From IMG/VR virus record IMGVR_UViG_3300010885_057925, positions 32,001 to 96,000 of that record: a stretch of 64,000 nucleotides of DNA. One strand, 5' to 3'. Positions 57,491 through 64,000 of the stretch are shown here, piece by piece. This DNA comes from a virus. Made by a program: the position numbers and the translations under genes. The notes beneath the pieces were generated by a model, which saw nothing but the letters and a program-made list of their open reading frames with translations, ran no database searches and was not told where the DNA came from. Within the stretch, counting starts at the first letter, position 1. Every line of letters starts with the position of its first letter.

Positions 57491-60400
57491 CTATATGATC
57501 AGATCATCGTCTGGATTGTCAGACCTATTTCTAGCCGTCCCATCATCAAAATATGGAAGAGATGACGTTGCGAACGTGCTGACGTTCTGAGAATGTGTGT
57601 TCAGTGGACTGACGTTTTGCGAGCCTGACATGAACTTGCAAGCGATCGGAGGATTGGATCCGGCGAAAGCTGTGTCTTTTCTTTGCTCCAGAACGTCCCT
57701 GGCAAAACCGAAATGACCCGGTAGAAATACGAAGCTCGAAGTTTCCTGGTTGATATTAGAGATACCATAGCGATACGTGCCCTGGCGAATTGGGCCGTCG
57801 TACCTTGCTAGGCCAAAATTAGCCCTGTGCTTGATAACTCCGTTGGAGATACCAGAAAGCTCAGCCCTTGAGAGAGCCGCAGCCTCGGATGACGTTAAAG
57901 CCCTTCCCTTCCAGACATGAAGAGCGTGGATGTAACCGTTGAACTCTTTCGTTTCATCAGGTTCCCATGAGCCATTCTTTTTCCCAGCAGCCACCAGAAT
58001 CCTGGAGCTTAAACTGGAATACATTACTGTTCCAGTATGGCCCGACGACTCATCTATCTTAGCTCTCAGCGTTCCGTTTATGTATATGTTCATTCCCGCG
58101 CCGGTAGTTTTGGTTTTATCACCGTCATATGTGACCGTAACGTTTGTCCAGTTCGTACTGATCGGAAACGTAGTTGTCCTTGCACCCTTGTAGGTGCTAT
58201 TTCCGTTGTCGTATATTCTGAAGTGAACAAATCCAGAGGAATCGAGCCAGACCCTGTACTCAGTGTTGAATGGTGTGGAAGTGCCGGGGACCGACCTCTC
58301 GATCAGAACCATCTCCGTTGAAGACGAGTCGGACTTGAAAGTTATGGATAGCGTGAACGCAGAATCGACAACCCCGTTTGTCATTCTGTGGTCTGGTATC
58401 GAAGACGTTGCGGCAACGTAGCTGACGTTGATGTCTAGAGCGGCAGGCGGGAAATACAGTGAACCATCACTGAGAAGACCCGAGACCGGGACGTCGGTAG
58501 ATTCGGTCGGAGATGGATGGACGGATCCCGTGCTATCAGGTCGAGGGGTGAGATCTAGATGGTTGTATTGGCCAGACAGATCGTAAAGAACTCCATCGTC
58601 CGAACCAGTGAAGAAATAACTCGAGACCAACGACGTTGAAAGATCGTAGCTCAATCTATCAGGATCGGTGGCGGGAATAAAAGCTTGCCTGTAGTTGGGC
58701 TTTACGACCCCTGGAGATTGCGAGTTAAAAGCATATCTTGTCAAGAACACGGTCTTTAGAGAGTCCAGAGTCTTTCCCGTGAGGTCGACGGGGTCTGACA
58801 GTATGTCATTCGCACCCGAGTCAACTATCGAGACAAGAGCTGCAGTTTTTTCAATTCTGCGAGCAGGATTTTCCTCGAACGGAAACTGCTTCAGCGCGGA
58901 CTCGAAGTTAGCGCCTGTCTCATAGATGAGCTCAGCATCACCAGGATACCTTAAGACTGCGTCTCCACGATATTGATACTGAGACTTTGCGGGAGCGATG
59001 TTTACAACATCGAAATAGTCAGGTAGGCAGCTGTCGTAGATGATCTCAGTAGAGTCAACGTATCTTTCGAATCTCTGAAGTGATCCAGTCACTCCAGCTT
59101 GGCCCAGAGAGACTCTGCTTATCACTCGACGAGAGTTATCCTCGCTCTGTGTTACGAAGAGCAGCCCATCTGACACGGGTGTGAGCATGCTTCCCGTGAT
59201 GATCCCGTCGAGGTAAGATCCGTAGTACGACGAGACGGGTTCAATCTGGAAGCGATCAAGAACCGGCTCTGCACCGACGATCTCATGAATGGAGTCGGAG
59301 GAAAGATTTTGATTGAGAGAGTGATGAAATTGCTTTTCGTCTTGAATGAGAGATCCATAAAGGACAACTTTGCAAGTCTTGTTTTTCACTCTCAAAAATG
59401 AACCGGTTATATGAGAGAAATTTGAATTAAACAATACGGGGGCCACACCAGCCTCTATCCCGAATATTAATTCGTCATCTGGCATTAAAAGATACGGAGA
59501 AATATTAGATTGCGGTGTCGATGTTGAAAAATTTTGTCCAAAGCTGCTGGATGTCGGAGAGGCTGCTTCTCCACCGAATTTTCTAGTTGATCGAGAATCT
59601 AATCTTGAGTATTTTGCAGATATTTGACCGACGTCATCGCTAAGTTCGTTAGCGATGACGTATCCAGAGCTTCGAAACAGCCCTGGGTAATTTTGCGCTG
59701 ATGTTCCCCCTGGCCATGATGACATAAGAAAATTTGTTCCGCTTCCGTCAGCCTGCTGAATGATGGAAGTCCCTGCAAATTGGGAGCCGGCAACAGCTGG
59801 TTTCAAGTTCATCCGAATTGATCCCGTGAAAGATCCAACCGCGTATGTGTCAGTATACGGAAGACCAAAATCATGATCAAAAGCAGGAGTGTGTGAAATT
59901 CCGTGATACAACGACGCGGAATTCCAAAAAGTCATAGACCCTGAAAAAACTAAAAATCTTGAAGACCCTGATACGTCATTAAGGCTATCACGTAGATGTG
60001 ACTGCCTAGATTGTCTATAAGCGAAAAATACGTAATTGTCTATGTCTCTGTTGGATCCGCTTTTGACAACTGACGAAACTTGCGGTAGATGTGAGCTGGG
60101 GGCAACGCATCCGTTGATTCTTTGAGCTTGTATTTCACCGAAATTCACTTCGACAGATTCAAGCAAAAACGGATGCCTAATATAGCTAGAAAGCTTTAAA
60201 GATTGAGAACCAGTAGCGTGATATTTTGCGTCGAACGGAGCGCCTAACGAAAATGTGGGAGATCCGATTTTTGGATATCCCAAAGACTTTATTTGATTTT
60301 CGTCAGTTTCCGTCCCAAAATCAGTCGTAATCTGAAATTGCATTGGAAACGTCCCGCTTAGAGCTGCTAAAGACGAATTATCGATCGCGTAATCGTAATA

Positions 60401-61045
60401 TAGGGGCCCACCGGTTGTGGGATCTATCGATCCAATCTGTTCCCACACACGTTTCGTAAAGTTGTAATACAAAAACCCCGTATTATCGTCAGATATGGGC
60501 TGGCTCTCTGAGACATTCCTGCGACGAACGTTTCTCATCACCATCGCGTCAGATTGCGGCGTGATGTCTATCTCGATTGCGATCTTAGAGCGAACGGGAG
60601 AAGTGAAGCCAGGAAGAATATCAGGGTCGGTTCCGCTCAGGTAGAAATCCGTCGCAGGCATTGCTCGATTCTCGTCGAATGGTCCCATCTCCTCCACAGG
60701 TGAGTAATGCAGGTGAGTGGGATGCTGGAATGAGCGGATCGGAGCCGTGATCGATATGTCCGATTGCTCACCGATGATATCGACAGATTGCGTGATGAAA
60801 GAGCTGTTCCTTGGCAGCATCATCGGGAAAACTGGGTTTCCGTTTGAGACAAAGTCTATCGTTGTCCCGTCATTGAAGCTGACGTTTTTTGTTCCCGATC
60901 TCGTTGGATCTCCGGTCCTTCTGACAGTTGGATACGAGCCGGGATTATCATCAAGCTCATTGAGTAGAATTCGAGGTGATCGAACTATGAATCCAGAACC
61001 AGTTACAAAGCTGGACCCGGTTACGCTCTGTCTTATTCTCGGCAT
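57491..61045 (-). CDS. Large baseplate/tail-associated protein with LamG-like domain (1184 aa)
   Basis: AFTLSITFK, WTNVTVTYDG, IYINGT, FNGYIHALHVW..RALTSSE LamG pattern. Confidence 0.65.
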   Translation of the reverse strand: MPRIRQSVTGSSFVTGSGFIVRSPRILLNELDDNPGSYPTVRRTGDPTRSGTKNVSFNDGTTIDFVSNGNPVFPMMLPRNSSFITQSVDIIGEQSDISITAPIRSFQHPTHLHYSPVEEMGPFDENRAMPATDFYLSGTDPDILPGFTSPVRSKIAIEIDITPQSDAMVMRNVRRRNVSESQPISDDNTGFLYYNFTKRVWEQIGSIDPTTGGPLYYDYAIDNSSLAALSGTFPMQFQITTDFGTETDENQIKSLGYPKIGSPTFSLGAPFDAKYHATGSQSLKLSSYIRHPFLLESVEVNFGEIQAQRINGCVAPSSHLPQVSSVVKSGSNRDIDNYVFFAYRQSRQSHLRDSLNDVSGSSRFLVFSGSMTFWNSASLYHGISHTPAFDHDFGLPYTDTYAVGSFTGSIRMNLKPAVAGSQFAGTSIIQQADGSGTNFLMSSWPGGTSAQNYPGLFRSSGYVIANELSDDVGQISAKYSRLDSRSTRKFGGEAASPTSSSFGQNFSTSTPQSNISPYLLMPDDELIFGIEAGVAPVLFNSNFSHITGSFLRVKNKTCKVVLYGSLIQDEKQFHHSLNQNLSSDSIHEIVGAEPVLDRFQIEPVSSYYGSYLDGIITGSMLTPVSDGLLFVTQSEDNSRRVISRVSLGQAGVTGSLQRFERYVDSTEIIYDSCLPDYFDVVNIAPAKSQYQYRGDAVLRYPGDAELIYETGANFESALKQFPFEENPARRIEKTAALVSIVDSGANDILSDPVDLTGKTLDSLKTVFLTRYAFNSQSPGVVKPNYRQAFIPATDPDRLSYDLSTSLVSSYFFTGSDDGVLYDLSGQYNHLDLTPRPDSTGSVHPSPTESTDVPVSGLLSDGSLYFPPAALDINVSYVAATSSIPDHRMTNGVVDSAFTLSITFKSDSSSTEMVLIERSVPGTSTPFNTEYRVWLDSSGFVHFRIYDNGNSTYKGARTTTFPISTNWTNVTVTYDGDKTKTTGAGMNIYINGTLRAKIDESSGHTGTVMYSSLSSRILVAAGKKNGSWEPDETKEFNGYIHALHVWKGRALTSSEAAALSRAELSGISNGVIKHRANFGLARYDGPIRQGTYRYGISNINQETSSFVFLPGHFGFARDVLEQRKDTAFAGSNPPIACKFMSGSQNVSPLNTHSQNVSTFATSSLPYFDDGTARNRSDNPDDDLII

Positions 61046-61046
61046 C

Positions 61047-61898
61047 TTATCTCTTCATTCCTGCGTATGTGATTGAGTCAGTTCCCGGTGAATCAGCCAA
61101 GCTAACGATCTGTCCGCAACTTGCCGATGTGCTTCCACGTGGGAACATCTGATCTGTCGATTCTCTGCTGAGAAGGAGCGCAGCTCTAATTTCGCCAGAT
61201 AGCAGCTCAGCATTATCCTCCCAATCACTCCCCTCAGTAAACGGGGTGTCGCTATCTGAGGGAGCTGATAAAAATGGAGGTTGCGACAGCCCAAGAGTGT
61301 CATGCTCGAATATCTCATCGAGATACGGCTCAACTGAGAGATCTATGGGAAATACAAAATCAACGATCCTATTGTTTCTCCTTCTAACGTCCTCTGCGGC
61401 GTTTGAAAGAGCTCCACGAACATCATGAGATTCATAAGGCCAATCTATCGAATTTCTGGATGCTCTAGATCTGATTGTTAGAGGCTCAATGACGCCATCA
61501 TATGAATCAGTGCTGTTGGCAGACGCGTTTAAAAGTACCTGAGGATAGATGAGAGTGGAACCTTCGTCTTCTATGAACACAACAGGATCGAAACGTTGCA
61601 TGTCCTCGTAGGCAGAGTCTGACGTGAAATCCCTAGGAACTCCGAAAGAGCGTTGCTCTGTCTCGAAGTTAGGATACTCTTCCACCTTTTCGGTGCCGAC
61701 AGACGTCGAAAAATTCTCGTCGTATGTCTTGAGGTTATCGACTCTCTTTCCGCCCACGACAATGATCGAACCATCACCAGATCTCATGACTGGAGTGATA
61801 CCAGCTCGATACTGACCGTAGGTTCGAACCTCTACCCCCTGCAGAAAGTTCTCAACGGCGCCTGACTCCGCTCCAATTTCGACAGCTGTCGTTGCCAA
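61047..61898 (-). CDS. Hypothetical virion-region protein (283 aa)
   Basis: GGAGG SD with TTG; DGVIEPLTIR and GTDSITYAG motifs. Confidence 0.7.
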   Translation of the reverse strand: MATTAVEIGAESGAVENFLQGVEVRTYGQYRAGITPVMRSGDGSIIVVGGKRVDNLKTYDENFSTSVGTEKVEEYPNFETEQRSFGVPRDFTSDSAYEDMQRFDPVVFIEDEGSTLIYPQVLLNASANSTDSYDGVIEPLTIRSRASRNSIDWPYESHDVRGALSNAAEDVRRRNNRIVDFVFPIDLSVEPYLDEIFEHDTLGLSQPPFLSAPSDSDTPFTEGSDWEDNAELLSGEIRAALLLSRESTDQMFPRGSTSASCGQIVSLADSPGTDSITYAGMKR

Positions 61899-61901
61899 AT
61901 C

Positions 61902-64000
61902 TTACCTCCCGACTCTAACGACCGCGAACTCTCCTACTGGATCAGTTGGGAACAGGCGGACGTACGTTCCAAAGTTTAAGTATTGGACTTTGGAACGTTC
62001 AAGAGCGTGAGGCTCGATAACGAAGTTGGAGCCCAGGAAGCGAGTGTTGCTAGGGATGAAATTTTCGATCAATGAACCCATCGACAAGTCGAACCACCTG
62101 AAGAACTCGTACAGTTGCTTCATCTTTATCCTTTCCGTCAATCGATTGAAGTAAACGTCTCTAAGAACTTCAAGCCTGACGTAATCAGGAGAGAATTGCA
62201 TCTCGGGAGCTCCGATTGCGTCGTCAAGCTCGTCCAAGGTCGCGAATATCTTGGCGATATCCTCATCTAACGATCTAACTGCAGAAACTTCGATAGAGAA
62301 ACGTAGATCATCGCTTGGTTCTTCCGATCTCGGGATCTCGTACACGGGAGCTACACCTGCGTGTAGATTGGGAGATATTTCCGGCTCTTGTAAGCTTCGT
62401 ATCCTGATTTTATTGTCCGTGGACGCTTCATCAAATCTGAGCGATGGAACGGAGCTCATGACTCTCTCGTTGTCAATGACTCTTGCAGAATTTTGAAATC
62501 CTTGACCCGCGAGATTGAAGTTATTCTGCGAGTAATCGACCAGGGATATAGTTCCATTGCTATAAGACGACGTAATTTCCTGGCTCGCCCACGCGTCGAT
62601 TCGAAGTCTTTCCCATGAACCCGTTACTTTAGTAACAAAGTTATAGTTTAGGGCTGGATTTTCGACTCCAACAGACTCAAAATTGGTAGCATGCTCATTA
62701 AGCTCGGGCAACGTGAGCTGCTTTGTCCAGAATCTTACTCTGGCAACTTTTCCGCTGAAGATTGTCTGGCGCGCAGTATCAGAAAAGCTAGATGAGTTCA
62801 AAAGTGGGTAAGCAGATGAGTAGCCGATCTCCTGCGGTCCGATGCACAGGAACGGCCCAGATGCATTCAAGGTCGGAGACAAGGTGTTCCAGGCAGAACC
62901 GCTGTCGAATAGGCTACCGGTCACCAGAGTGCCCTCTGGTGATGTGGCAGAGAGCCTTGATGCCCACAGGTAATAGGACGAGCTGGACTCGTTGTAAGAT
63001 CCGCTTCGTCCGAAAGATATGTGCCAGTTCTCTCCGTCGAAGACGTTACTTCCAGTGATCGTTAATCTCAGGAAGTTGCTTCTGCTGAAGTTGGGAGCTA
63101 CGTACAGGTCGATCGATGAGGTTGTAGATCCCTTTGTCACGACAAGGTTGGAGACCATTCCATGCTCGCTGGATGGTAATGAATTTCCGGTGACGTGGAA
63201 CCTCGCTAAGCTTTGCTCCGTGTTGTGCTGAAGACCCGGACCAAATTTATAGATCGCTTCGTAAGACCATGATCCTGACGTGAAGAGCCTGTCAGCAGAA
63301 TTTCCGGTAAGCGGTGGTCCTCCGGGCTCGGACCTTGATCCGCTGAGATACGAGCTCGACAAGAAAGGAACACCAGAGTATATGCCCTGAGGATTTGAAG
63401 CTGTCGTGAAATTGACCAACGATCCGCTGAAGTTCAAGAATCCCTGCACAATCGAGCGTGGAGATCTCGTCGGAAGCACGTATCCTGTGCTTTTTCCTCC
63501 GTACTCCTTGAACTTCATGATACTTTCAGGCTCAATTCCTGCAGCCCTGATCATAGATTTGATAGAATGGATTGTTCCCTTGGACCTAACAAGAGAAGGC
63601 AATTCCTTCAGTATACGACGCCATACGAGATTTTGAGTGTATTGGTATGTTGACTGCAGAGTTCCAACGTCGGACCTACTGCTCTCTCCTACGACACCTA
63701 GTTCCGGGCCGATCTGCGAGAACATATTAGGCAGCTGAATTCCGTAATAGTCGGCTAGCGCTGGCAAGAATTGATCAGAAACTGTTCCTACGTCTGTGTA
63801 TCCAACGTTCCTTAATTTAGATACGTGATCTATGTGACACTTCACCTCATCGAACTGCTTTGCCCAGATGTATAGAAGCGCAGATATGATCTGCACAGAT
63901 CCAAGCTTTGTTTTTCCGGGAAGTGTTCCGTCAGTGTCTATTGGTTGACCCACCTCACCCTCTATCGAATTTAAATCGTAGAATTCCTGCTCTTGCTTGA
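61902..64000 (-). CDS. Large baseplate wedge-like protein with LamG domain, 5' end beyond the window
   Basis: The frame stays open from 63953 to the edge (..KQEQEFYDLNSIEGEVGQP), so the GTG at 63953 is probably internal. LPALADYYG...WRRIL..LP...RSKGT..SIK resembles the P2 gpI/T4 gp7-type wedge signature, followed by WHISF/VRFW LamG motifs. Confidence 0.7.
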   Translation of the reverse strand, partial: KQEQEFYDLNSIEGEVGQPIDTDGTLPGKTKLGSVQIISALLYIWAKQFDEVKCHIDHVSKLRNVGYTDVGTVSDQFLPALADYYGIQLPNMFSQIGPELGVVGESSRSDVGTLQSTYQYTQNLVWRRILKELPSLVRSKGTIHSIKSMIRAAGIEPESIMKFKEYGGKSTGYVLPTRSPRSIVQGFLNFSGSLVNFTTASNPQGIYSGVPFLSSSYLSGSRSEPGGPPLTGNSADRLFTSGSWSYEAIYKFGPGLQHNTEQSLARFHVTGNSLPSSEHGMVSNLVVTKGSTTSSIDLYVAPNFSRSNFLRLTITGSNVFDGENWHISFGRSGSYNESSSSYYLWASRLSATSPEGTLVTGSLFDSGSAWNTLSPTLNASGPFLCIGPQEIGYSSAYPLLNSSSFSDTARQTIFSGKVARVRFWTKQLTLPELNEHATNFESVGVENPALNYNFVTKVTGSWERLRIDAWASQEITSSYSNGTISLVDYSQNNFNLAGQGFQNSARVIDNERVMSSVPSLRFDEASTDNKIRIRSLQEPEISPNLHAGVAPVYEIPRSEEPSDDLRFSIEVSAVRSLDEDIAKIFATLDELDDAIGAPEMQFSPDYVRLEVLRDVYFNRLTERIKMKQLYEFFRWFDLSMGSLIENFIPSNTRFLGSNFVIEPHALERSKVQYLNFGTYVRLFPTDPVGEFAVVRVGR

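Noticed and set aside
63951-63953. GTG start of the last ORF as given in the track
   Set aside because: The frame is open to the window edge, so the real start is probably upstream, outside the window.
1-64000. Stop-codon reassignment, as in some jumbo phages
   Set aside because: Genes are full length in the standard code and end in TAA, TAG and TGA with tight packing.
1-64000. tRNA genes, CRISPR arrays, integrase/att sites
   Set aside because: Intergenic gaps are at most about 150 nt and are explained by terminators/promoters; I recognised no cloverleaf, spaced repeat or recombinase motif.

Overview
The window is part of the virion-morphogenesis region of a large T4-like (gp23/gp20/gp17/gp18/gp19-type) contractile-tailed phage, probably a jumbo phage. 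About 40 tightly packed genes all lie on the minus strand and read in the standard code. In transcription order (right to left) they are: baseplate/LamG/tail-fibre genes (64000-41034); a RuvC, primase, fused SbcD-SbcC and Zn-finger block running into the large terminase and portal; prohead protease, small head proteins, scaffold and major capsid protein; a two-gene nucleotidyltransferase operon; neck proteins; two tandem tail sheaths; tail tube; chaperone; tape measure; and tail-tip/baseplate genes running off the left end. The most notable item is the operon between capsid and neck. It encodes three unrelated nucleotidyl-transfer folds (Pol-beta NTase, plus an RNA-ligase-like KxDG domain fused to an HxGH nucleotidyltransferase) and carries motifs suggesting capsid packaging. 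Other highlights are a probable +1 programmed frameshift on a U7 run in the tail chaperone, a recurrent ATANNTA late-promoter motif, a sigma70-like leaderless promoter with an overlapping palindrome at the primase, and strong [ST]GS enrichment in outer virion proteins. I found no tRNA, CRISPR, integrase or mobile element. All family assignments come from motif recognition and gene order, not database searches.
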